Virus record (IMG/VR): IMGVR_UViG_3300032290_001460
Location: 1-64,000 of that record
Length of the DNA: 64,000 nt
Direction: 5' to 3' (one strand)
Source of the DNA: a virus
Taxonomy: Duplodnaviria > Caudoviricetes
Below the pieces are notes generated by a model. The model was given only the letters and a program-made list of their open reading frames with translations, did no database searches and was not told where the DNA came from. Each line of letters opens with the position of its first letter. Positions within the stretch are counted from its first letter, which is position 1. Below, piece after piece: positions 51,601 through 57,986 of this stretch. The position numbers and the translations under genes were made by a program.

Positions 51601-54600
51601 ATCCTCCTGAAGATGGTTCTTCTTCTCGTTCAATGAGGCCCGAACGTCGTCAGATAGTCCCAATATCTGGGAATTATACGAGACAAGGTAATTTACATAG
51701 AAAGTTAGATGGACTTCTAACACCCGGCAGTAGTGATTATCGCAAAGATGATTTAAGTGATGAGGAAATATCTGCCATAAAGAAGTTTAGTTACTCCCAA
51801 ACAGTAAGGTACGACTACGACTATGACCCGTTGTCGTTAATGACCTACGAAGAATTAGACACATTATCAAATCTCATAAGTGCAGACAGAGCAAAGTCTT
51901 TAAACGTTGAATTCGATAAAGATTTTCGAAAATTAATCGAACAAGAATTCGACATACGAGACATACGAAATGACCCCTTCAAGTATCGAGGTGGTGGCAA
52001 CGAAAGAAAATTAAAGAGAGAATTCGTATCTGCAGAAGAATTCTTAGGCCCAGGCATGGACGGATATGCAATTAATAGAGGGATGCATGGTGGATGGCTG
52101 TATCCGGATGGACGCATATATCCGCTACAACAAGATTCCCACGGTACTGAGTTTGTTTATCGTGATGCTTTTGAAGATGGTTTAATTCGGATTATTTTCT
52201 CTCAAAAAAGTCAAAGGCGAGATTCATCTATGGATTTGGAAATAGCAGACGCTCGACCAACTCCAGAGCAGTATGAGACTTTACAGAAACTTATGGATGC
52301 TGGAGAACCTAGTGAAATACGTTTTGCTGCTGGTAAAAAAAGTGAGGAGTATGATGCGTCTTATACTTCTCGACCCACTTATCAGTATGAGAATGTTTTA
52401 CGTGGCAAAGATACTAAAAAATTAAAAGAATCTTTGACGCAAGAAGTTTCATGGAAGCAAGAAGAGTCTACTAGTGATGACAGTTCTTCTTCTCTCTCAA
52501 AAAAGGGAACATATCGACCTCTTCTTGGTCATACGTTCGAAGGTTATGGTCAAGCGGAAAAGAAGTTGTCATACAGTTTAGAAAAATTAAGTAAACAAAA
52601 TGGTGCTGCCAAAAAATTAAACGATGAAGAAAAAAATGTAATTGAAAAATATTTTCAAATCAAAAATGCAGATGCAGAGCCATTGAGATTACTCTCAGAT
52701 GATGAAATAAAAACTTTACTTAATTTAATTAGTGAAGAAAAACTGACAGTGAGAAATGCCGACCTATCTGCAGAACTGTTGGGTGTTTATAGAAAAGATG
52801 CAGAATATTTACTTATACGAGAATTAGATATTCGTTCCAACCCTCAAAAATATAAGTTTGGTGGAAATGAAAGAAAACTAAAAAACAGATTTCTTTCAGC
52901 AAAACAACTAGTCGACCCTGAAACAATGGGTGTTTGGGAGACTCCATCATTACGGGCAGCATGGCTTTATCCAGATGGAAGGCTTTATCACGTAACTGAT
53001 GGACATACAAAAGAACATACCTACAACGACGCTTTTGGAGATGGTCTTATTAGGTTGAATGTAAGTTTGGCCAAGGAAAAAGATGACAGAGGTCCAGCCA
53101 CCGCTCCATTTTTGGCTATACATGCAGCCGACATAGCCCCTACTGCTGAGCAAATGAAAATATTAGAGGAACTTATTGATGTAGCCAAGCCGAAAGAAAT
53201 CTTCTATCAGGCTGGAGTGAGTAGCAAAATACATAATCCGAACGAAGTTATTCCTGACGACTCCGACTTTGGCATCTATGTAGAAGGTGAACGAAGTGGA
53301 ACTATAAAATCTGGCGACCTGAAGAAAAGGCTGAAGCAAGAATTGGATGCAGTTGGCTGGGCGAAATTGCCAGACAACGACTCTTCTTCTCGTTCCAAGA
53401 AAGATACAGATTCTGATTTATCTGACGAAGAATTTAAAATCATCGACGATTTTGTTAATGCTGATATCGACAACATTGAGCCAGTTGAAGAAGAACCTAC
53501 GGACGGCCGAACGCGTCGGGCTCGTGCAAAAAAAAGAGAAGAATTCTTAAGAGATGCTGTTACTCAAATCATCAAACTTTCAGAAAATGCGGAAAAATTT
53601 AAACGTGGGCCAGATGCTGGTGAAGTCTCTGGAGGTCTTTTGGAAAAGGTGGCACAGATGTTCGCCGCAGGAGACTATAGCATCATAGATAAATATGAAA
53701 AAATAGTCAAAGAAAAAGGCGCAGGAACAAGCCCGGGTGAATTTTTTGCTAACTCATATTATAAATATGAATCACTTGGCGCCGAACAAAGATTAGAACG
53801 CCAAAAAGGTGGAAACAAGCAAAAGGGCAAGTTTGTTGAAAATATAGAAGCATTAGAAGCAAAAATAACTGATGGGGAAAGTAGTTTTGTTTTGCCAGAA
53901 TTGTCTATAGAAGATGATTTGAGCGTCGGTGAAATTGATGAAGACGTCGCTAAGAAAATTGCGTTTTATGATAAATTTGAAGAATATTTACCCTTACATG
54001 CAGAAATTATGGGATATATCGGGTCTGGGATGACTGCATCTAAAATTAGCAAGCAAACAGGAGTTCCTATAAAGATAGTTAATGCGATGAAAAGCAATAT
54101 GGCTTTTATTGCAGAACAATTGGGCGATATTGAAAATTGGCCCCTGGATTCACTGGACGAAGATTATCGGGATATAGCGAAACTTTTGCCAGGTGACGAT
54201 ATGTCGTTAAATTTGGATATTGCCAAACGTCTTCAAAAAGCAAAAACATTTTTTGAAACTATCGAATTTGATAGAGATACTGGAGAAATAAGTTTCGAGC
54301 AAACATCAATTGCTCAAAGACAAATTAAACTTGAAAAAAATAATGATATTATATTGTCATTTTTTGAGGACGGGAAGCCTGCTCCGACCATAGAGGAAAT
54401 TGCCAAAGCCCTTGGCGTTACGTTCGATTCCGCCAGAGGGCTAATTGTTAGATTGCGGAAAACTACTGGTAGAAAACTGAAAACTGGGAAGAAGGAAGAA
54501 AATAGCAAAAAAATAGATGATGATATTTTATCTTTATTTAAAGATGCTGAAAATCCACCGACTAAGAATGAACTGACGAAATTGACAGGACTATCACAGG

Positions 54601-55871
54601 ATGCAGTATATATCCGATTAATTAAATTGCGTGAAAATACTGGTCGAGAATTAAGCCTCGCAACAGATGACGAAAGAATAAATAATACAATTCTGTCTTT
54701 CTTTAAAGATGGCGGAAAATCGCCAGATATGAAGAAAATAATGGAAGTAACAGGCCTGCCATATAAAGCGATACATAAAAGACTAGTAAGGTTGCGTAAG
54801 AAAACTGGACGTGAACTAAAACTGGAAGGGCAGCGAACGAGCGTAATAGGAGATATTGGTGAGACTATTTTATCGTTTTTCGAGGATGGTAAAATTCCGC
54901 CAACTCGCGAACAACTAGCAGATGCAACGGGTTTGCAATTAGATTCGATAAGTCAAAAGTTATCTAAATTACGAGAAATAACTGGGCGGGATTTGCCAGT
55001 TCGTATAAATCGAACAATTGAGCCGAAAAGTGCAGAAATAAACAATACAATTTTATCTTTATTTAAAGATGATGAAAAAAATCCTACTAGTGCTGAAATT
55101 ATTGAAGCGACAGGGTTGACGCGTTCAATGTTGGGGAAAAGATTGGAATATTTGCGTAAAAGAACTGGGCGTGAATTAAAACTAAGAAAAAAAGAAAATA
55201 AAGAAAAAAAACCTAAATTGGTTGTTGAACGCAAACCTAAATTGGTTGTTGAACGCAAACCTGGAGATACGTCCAAAGAAGAAAAAAAGACTCCAGACGA
55301 ATTGGTCTTATCTTTATTCAAAGATAGTAAAACGCCCCCAACCATGCAGGAAATAGTAAGAGAATTAGGAGTGTCGTATCCGGCTGCGAAAGAACGGCTT
55401 AAGAGATTACGCCAAAAAACCGGCATGGCATTGTCAATTACTCCCGTGCCGGCGATGCCAATATTAAATGATGCCATAAATCAACAACTTTTATCTTTGT
55501 TTGAAAATAATAAAAATATAACTACTGAACAAATTGCGAAAGCAACAGGGTTGTCTGTTTCTGCAATAAAGGGCAGATTGGTTCGTTTACGAAAAGAAAC
55601 AGGAAAAGAGTTATCTATTAGTAGAGACCTGCCACCAAGCCTTAGAGATGATATTAGTAAGACTATTTTATCATTTTTTGAAGAAGGTAAAAGTGCACCA
55701 ACCCGACAGCAACTAGTGGACGCAACGGGATTCTCCGCAGATGGAGTAACTAGACGCTTACAAAAATTGCGTAAAGGAACTGGGATGGACCTACAACTCG
55801 CCGGAACCAAAACCCCCGAAGGTCGAACCACAATGCCGAAGTTAGAAATTATTCCACCAAAAGAAAAATAA
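42606..55871 (+). CDS. 4421-aa prohead protease-fused modular (polyvalent-like) protein
   Basis: First ~170 aa are HK97-type protease (GNKDSVGD, WGHNW..PIG, WSIGY, LYEVSPVLHGAN). Then SRS-motif-delimited modules, a KTSC-like segment and 8 C-terminal HTH repeats. Confidence 0.85.
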   Translation: MSQGTFEDIHFKAMNGQFNIDEAQGIVECFVAAVGNKDSVGDIVASGAFTESLKRRKPRVVWGHNWNDPIGKVLEIYEVPAHDPRLPGKMKQAGVGGLYAKVQFNLATEKGREAFASVAFFGGDQEWSIGYKTLQANFDSAMQANVLREVELYEVSPVLHGANQLTATISVKSDEGEKCHSPAMGAGMPMMPAVMRAFKPGIPEGGPSRISARIGYDVSSPREDIFAEGEARELNREEIYRLEEELMSRSNNRLKIISATENMVTFHRMLPNGSSTAYRLPYHYDTAVRQYMFGKPEKMGQGPSQPQPQTVVPMQMPSMPMSVKPNAVSPYAMVNGGYDGEKSVEERLHEVIAGLKLPLFDDEVAEKSQQDKIEEVVNLLQSYIEEKSEPMRVIMKCEPHQAFRVKELLDPVIEYHGLQAEVSEKGVHLSGTFNDETLDALYASEKSIQRMFMKEGGWGKDNGPTGPTFEVEVKALGGRVGQRIGGGLSAAPPGMVWVDVTGAIDGDSDGIVFEGTPMQRPIIPRAMIPKVQASILQQTSLPRAMEMERNRVPKPSVSQEDSKPRLNQVPKKNESDSVVPSKPIPKIDDTIPTPSKAPKKTQGRKSRKSPPTNPNIYDPWVYRNSGTERILGNEFSIITPLDEIINSVSSRSKKLTPKEIIDNYAYFLNYRGLDTQQVFKIFENHGYVNTEKVNQTISDELKFAIDDIIAAGGRIVFAQNNLLINLGGNKLIIDLLDKDSYSNVRQQLSMPLKQLYVKERKTVTNISDLSPRYNYLKPELKKLKEKYGDYFVIRALDAGHYSAVLFDPISGDPLKTYQFSGSPRSTSNLLKNLSSEFTNAAVVRRFESAKIWKPAREVIDKVPLRPANEGETPKFGPLSGTSKLVQIFSELGFSPDSKEYPNALVELEIHDIGDGKFGVYGVIVDEDGIEHLVSQEQDGLADSLDFLRALGSEYSQSQLSEMRSAHLRRMGVVGQLGDTSGLSQEVEEMRAARDERTYNQWFVDDGSRSQRTPTLIYNTAAKSIRDIFDDEKTWDPFFEDLKDVLGHSQKQSQRLLDLYDDPNATEEAITNLEESIRELDEQIAAVIDYAKFLNGENRRARLKRLKNPLINKMIDERTGGEYSDFTDAEIERLRNNLTFSENDISDIFGVEGSDKARNFVESMQDVLDDAEWYDGILSSPIEDENNPDYLENPSQELYDDAIRSLSMEIDFIKDARKRNHQQRLAISDGSNLSDGTSRSQRSFINGRGVGETRQIFPNEDKQGTSKKIKYARYDGRKEELLVEYSSGETITYGGVTDRMVSAVEKSLDDIDGGIDGIKAEARYSIKPDGQIEGRAVSVATLVQRDIERLEQYDVITAKDKLWMQLAANAILSNFEEPPEYELLSLSDQLANVANKLAREYEENSAALNLLEIKSSIDDRVGNGLGGTRGTRMYRPLKDETTLDLTNDEIGELRDEIQSILNKHGDRITFAPFAEFDKALKDAQDSNKNNVTIKNNLHSALTVAYDELYWMASHSQAEKRWLNPIGETLLNIAAASGRFTSPRLSANRGDFKGVPFNNGAPSRMTPEARTTLIDWANGDGLGFYVLKDIRDSYRLRNGNLTSRQWNTLANMYRRFGPGGSDRKDSSSRSKKDTEIYYAIVPSDVPDQIDDEEEEKPKPKKPVGKPASELLPGDFDSMTAKEKIDVMFQIGRATKDNPDGIAPEDWDRLIYPLDKELDVEEAVQNQAEFMAAQEAAAMRGEVLTEEQFYENKSRQAELHDRRTIQRALSEYDAGRPELLQKLGLRRENFIIKADREYKAPTKPKPLGKWATDFSMKIRSQIEKAIANGLAGEEHLDPWLSMEELINDNDGLLDEETIQNIIPVLEEYVSAYDGAEFGHRSEGNSYKQANDMIEELENTLSILLDPTIIEDDSDDSGDDKKDSDAASEVPDTTQGVSLSIEGDSGSKSRRSSSMASTTGRQDAVDSGSNQINSEDSSRSIREVIKLEDLLEIDKREQSEDMGEPFVELSKALENWLNNHISDMGGWDKSHETRLRRQVEDLILNLRGLRDKWQSMGTAKRSGILRRMKMVDGYEPHPLTKMSLEDIISKSELRIHDDGTLSFKLPPNPILRQLIPGNRNYQDVELPTAETVSEIFDNLTNDWRRLDELFNSIYEVFDEDEDGRRGARLRKYPVGGEKLPHHSLYLGKYAEPPTEAPSPEGALQYHYNDISARILQYYIIPELAKIKRNENPKIGEISNDNDHFIHGYLQLFTDPHAWQEMSAVLSENFRVSPGTILHDLLGHYALGNTFDRHGEYGNILSTIQLARDKKFWQKLREIPELSDLSEEDRDLYMRGLLVDVAARWFNRVGTDSPDDERRLKKKIAFYDGPIDELLDKIDPPNEQSSSSSRSTRRIPLIDVDDKQLSELGKESIDGIAIREEFIRPSSRDELEQFVSRRKPIGSDLPVDLRTGEPRRMSHETDREWNARRNNFYRNNPWFDRPPIDASEDSPKIDRNNEFGDGELIKPSYKFNFKWNQYQDYTDEELIDKLKSDKKPSNTLVHELSLRGYEVRKKREYDLGDFSGREGYDYTYFFAKPMDEITQEHLDRRKSKYNPVDETQKIDEPSTSIIPTLEEDVVDEQDFVEPEEFPLKPKQPRVPRPRPGTNTVNIGGNNSGIINLGNNVTIDTGDINVSNQGSKITIINGNKVTVDANTDVLSMPLKKVDEELASIQKDLAELKERRVKGSISDADYAQRRVDLANRKVALKLKKHSVPDGDATKGTPNVSYIGNSSRSTRNIDYYRREFNLSPEDLEFIKYTNAPDLFLREEFGIDDTAIADIRSYVPPLDVIKEIDSLTDDDVRFLESYDGIVSQITEEFNSFVTRTMAERLQAIQYIGNSNLPELEKQENIKEIDDAFNELLKVNSEIHFDRLNDAVLYTAPLNYRGFGWRMTPERISSLGLPEGYENKLKFNQATRIWEMMNGLGFDWDEIEDFTGLTFDELKPLFPHVRIIGMIREQEKNSLNNPPEDGSSSRSMRPERRQIVPISGNYTRQGNLHRKLDGLLTPGSSDYRKDDLSDEEISAIKKFSYSQTVRYDYDYDPLSLMTYEELDTLSNLISADRAKSLNVEFDKDFRKLIEQEFDIRDIRNDPFKYRGGGNERKLKREFVSAEEFLGPGMDGYAINRGMHGGWLYPDGRIYPLQQDSHGTEFVYRDAFEDGLIRIIFSQKSQRRDSSMDLEIADARPTPEQYETLQKLMDAGEPSEIRFAAGKKSEEYDASYTSRPTYQYENVLRGKDTKKLKESLTQEVSWKQEESTSDDSSSSLSKKGTYRPLLGHTFEGYGQAEKKLSYSLEKLSKQNGAAKKLNDEEKNVIEKYFQIKNADAEPLRLLSDDEIKTLLNLISEEKLTVRNADLSAELLGVYRKDAEYLLIRELDIRSNPQKYKFGGNERKLKNRFLSAKQLVDPETMGVWETPSLRAAWLYPDGRLYHVTDGHTKEHTYNDAFGDGLIRLNVSLAKEKDDRGPATAPFLAIHAADIAPTAEQMKILEELIDVAKPKEIFYQAGVSSKIHNPNEVIPDDSDFGIYVEGERSGTIKSGDLKKRLKQELDAVGWAKLPDNDSSSRSKKDTDSDLSDEEFKIIDDFVNADIDNIEPVEEEPTDGRTRRARAKKREEFLRDAVTQIIKLSENAEKFKRGPDAGEVSGGLLEKVAQMFAAGDYSIIDKYEKIVKEKGAGTSPGEFFANSYYKYESLGAEQRLERQKGGNKQKGKFVENIEALEAKITDGESSFVLPELSIEDDLSVGEIDEDVAKKIAFYDKFEEYLPLHAEIMGYIGSGMTASKISKQTGVPIKIVNAMKSNMAFIAEQLGDIENWPLDSLDEDYRDIAKLLPGDDMSLNLDIAKRLQKAKTFFETIEFDRDTGEISFEQTSIAQRQIKLEKNNDIILSFFEDGKPAPTIEEIAKALGVTFDSARGLIVRLRKTTGRKLKTGKKEENSKKIDDDILSLFKDAENPPTKNELTKLTGLSQDAVYIRLIKLRENTGRELSLATDDERINNTILSFFKDGGKSPDMKKIMEVTGLPYKAIHKRLVRLRKKTGRELKLEGQRTSVIGDIGETILSFFEDGKIPPTREQLADATGLQLDSISQKLSKLREITGRDLPVRINRTIEPKSAEINNTILSLFKDDEKNPTSAEIIEATGLTRSMLGKRLEYLRKRTGRELKLRKKENKEKKPKLVVERKPKLVVERKPGDTSKEEKKTPDELVLSLFKDSKTPPTMQEIVRELGVSYPAAKERLKRLRQKTGMALSITPVPAMPILNDAINQQLLSLFENNKNITTEQIAKATGLSVSAIKGRLVRLRKETGKELSISRDLPPSLRDDISKTILSFFEEGKSAPTRQQLVDATGFSADGVTRRLQKLRKGTGMDLQLAGTKTPEGRTTMPKLEIIPPKEK
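54342..55800 (+). repeat. Eight tandem HTH-like domains
   Basis: Consensus ILSxF[KE]D....PT..[EQ]I...TG......RL.[RK]LR..TG..L, eight copies. Confidence 0.85.
55209..55262 (+). repeat. Perfect 24-nt tandem duplication (KPKLVVER x2)
   Basis: AAACCTAAATTGGTTGTTGAACGC twice, plus AAACCT. Confidence 0.9.
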
Positions 55872-56157
55872 TATAAAAGGTGACTTTATCTTACTATTTT
55901 AAAGTCACAACAAGCCCCCGTAACCTACTTACGTCAAAGATTTTCCCTCAAAACAAATTTAGATTGCATAAACTATACATGTTTCAGTATTTATTCAAAT
56001 TGATAGGCACTCTCAGGGTATACTATGAGAAAGAATGATTTTATAATTAAATAGATACTTCTACTTCCTAGCCAATATACAGGCTAAGATACTGGAAGTA
56101 GGCACTAGCCACGCTGGGTGCGCATCCAGTACAAAGCATTACAAGGAGTCTCGAACT

Positions 56158-57954
56158 ATGAATTACGACGAAAAAGCCGTAGTGAAAATTGATGCCGAAG
56201 GTGGCGTCGTCAAATGTGCCAAAGGTGCAACAGGAAGCGACTGCGGCTACAAGGCAGGCGCAAAAGTTTGTGGAAAATGCGGAGCAATGGCCGTTGAAAT
56301 CAAAATGGTTCCCGTCGATGCCATGGACGAAGACATGGAAGACGACGAGGAGATTACTCCTGAAGAACAGAAAATGTTGATGCGTCGTCGCAAGGCTATG
56401 CAAATGGGCATGGGCGATATGGCCGAAGAAGAAGATGTCATGGACGACGACGAGGAGATGACCCCCGAAGAACAGAAAATGGCCATGGACTACGAAAAAA
56501 TGATGCTCAAGCGCAAGGGCATGGGCAAATATACGGAAGACGAAGAAGTCTTAGAAGTGCCCGAAGAAGACGAGATGATGGACGAAGAAGCCGTCACCCC
56601 AACAGCAAAAACTTATGGAATGAATCGCTTTAGAAAAGGCATGCCTGGGGTTTCGGCCATGGATGAAGATATGGCCGAAGAAGAAGATGTCATGGACGAC
56701 GACGAGGAAATGACCCCCGAAGAACAAAAAATGGCTATGGCCTACGAAAAAATGATGCGTATGCGCAAGGGTATGGGCGAATACGTGGAAGACGAAGAAG
56801 AAATGCTTAGCCCTGCCAAGGGGATGGGCATGACGAAGCCAGGCATGAAGTTCAAGAATCCAATGGCTAAGCCAGGAATGGCCGGAATGCTTTCGGACGA
56901 AGAAGATGACATGGACATCGAAGAAGAACTCCCATTGGACGATGCCGAAATGCCAATGGCAATGCCCAAAAAGAAGAACTACATGGGGGCAGAACCCAGC
57001 GCAGTATCTCCAGACATGGAAGCAATGCGCATGGCACGACTTAGAAAACTCGGTACCAAGTCTGCTGACATCGGTGCCAACGGATACTTGTGTGCTATCG
57101 AACGCAAAGTCTACCCCGGCGCCAACTCGGTATGTGACGACTGCCCAGGTGGATGCGTCTCAGAAAAAGGAATGCCTGGCCTCCTCCACATCGAAGGCCT
57201 TGCAGAACAAATGTTCAAGGGCGACGTTATCGACTCTGGCTACTCGCAAGAAGCCGACATGTTCGTCGTTGATGTCCAGGTAAAGTCTGGTCATGTCAAC
57301 GAAGTTTTTGTTGACGGCACAACCGGAGAAGTCCTAGGATTCCATCGCCTTGACGATTCAGTGTTCGAACAGAAGTCACTCGTCAGCGACATCGAAATCA
57401 TTGACTTCAACGAAGCGGCAGATATTGCTGTCAAGTCAATCCCCGGTACAGTAGTCGCCGTAGAACCAGCAATCTTTGAAGGTTTTGACTCATACCAAGT
57501 CGAAATCGATGGTCTTGACGGAAAATCTTACGATGCTTTCGTTTCGCTTGATGGCGAAGTTTTGGGCTACGACCAGTGGGACAATGACGACACAGCAGAG
57601 ATTGAGGCTGAAGCCGCAGAAATTGCTTTGAAGCGCGCATTCGGTGACGAGAAGCGTCAAGAAATGGCTGAAGAAGGCACAGCAATGCCTGACGGCTCAT
57701 TCCCCATTGCCAGCGAAGAAGACCTTCGTAACGCAATCATGGCTCATGGTAGAGCGAAGGATGTTGAGGCAGCAAAGCGTCATATCATGAAGCAGGCTGC
57801 AGCAATGGGTAAGGAAGACATGATTCCAGCAGAGTGGGTCGCCGGACAGAAGAATCTTTCAATTGAAGATGATTTGAACGGCACTGACGAGTTCTTGAAG
57901 ACTTTGGTTGAGTTTGAATTAATGTCTGCAGAAGTTTCCGACAACGAACTGTGA
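56158..57954 (+). CDS. Acidic Met-rich head-associated protein with Cys clusters, PepSY-like domains and a PDGSFPI (DUF6582-like) domain
   Basis: AAGGAG RBS. CGY..VCGKCG and C..CDDCPGGC clusters; EAADIAVKSIPGTVVAVE..YQVEI..DG.SYDAFVSLDGEVL; AMPDGSFPI..DLRNAI..GRA. Confidence 0.75.
   Translation: MNYDEKAVVKIDAEGGVVKCAKGATGSDCGYKAGAKVCGKCGAMAVEIKMVPVDAMDEDMEDDEEITPEEQKMLMRRRKAMQMGMGDMAEEEDVMDDDEEMTPEEQKMAMDYEKMMLKRKGMGKYTEDEEVLEVPEEDEMMDEEAVTPTAKTYGMNRFRKGMPGVSAMDEDMAEEEDVMDDDEEMTPEEQKMAMAYEKMMRMRKGMGEYVEDEEEMLSPAKGMGMTKPGMKFKNPMAKPGMAGMLSDEEDDMDIEEELPLDDAEMPMAMPKKKNYMGAEPSAVSPDMEAMRMARLRKLGTKSADIGANGYLCAIERKVYPGANSVCDDCPGGCVSEKGMPGLLHIEGLAEQMFKGDVIDSGYSQEADMFVVDVQVKSGHVNEVFVDGTTGEVLGFHRLDDSVFEQKSLVSDIEIIDFNEAADIAVKSIPGTVVAVEPAIFEGFDSYQVEIDGLDGKSYDAFVSLDGEVLGYDQWDNDDTAEIEAEAAEIALKRAFGDEKRQEMAEEGTAMPDGSFPIASEEDLRNAIMAHGRAKDVEAAKRHIMKQAAAMGKEDMIPAEWVAGQKNLSIEDDLNGTDEFLKTLVEFELMSAEVSDNEL
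56416..56800 (+). repeat. Near-identical internal duplication (~130 nt units starting at 56416 and 56668)
   Basis: DMAEEEDVMDDDEEMTPEEQKMAMxYEKMMxxRKGMGxYxEDEE twice. Confidence 0.85.
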
Positions 57955-57986
57955 TTCATAGTTCTATTTAGGGATTGGAGCCCGGT

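Noticed and set aside
44550-53402. SRS motifs as DNA recombination sites (integron/shufflon-like)
   Set aside because: Nucleotide sequences differ at synonymous positions and no recombinase is in the window, so conservation is at peptide level.
42606-57954. Major capsid protein
   Set aside because: No HK97-fold capsid signature was recognised in these ORFs, so it probably lies beyond the window.
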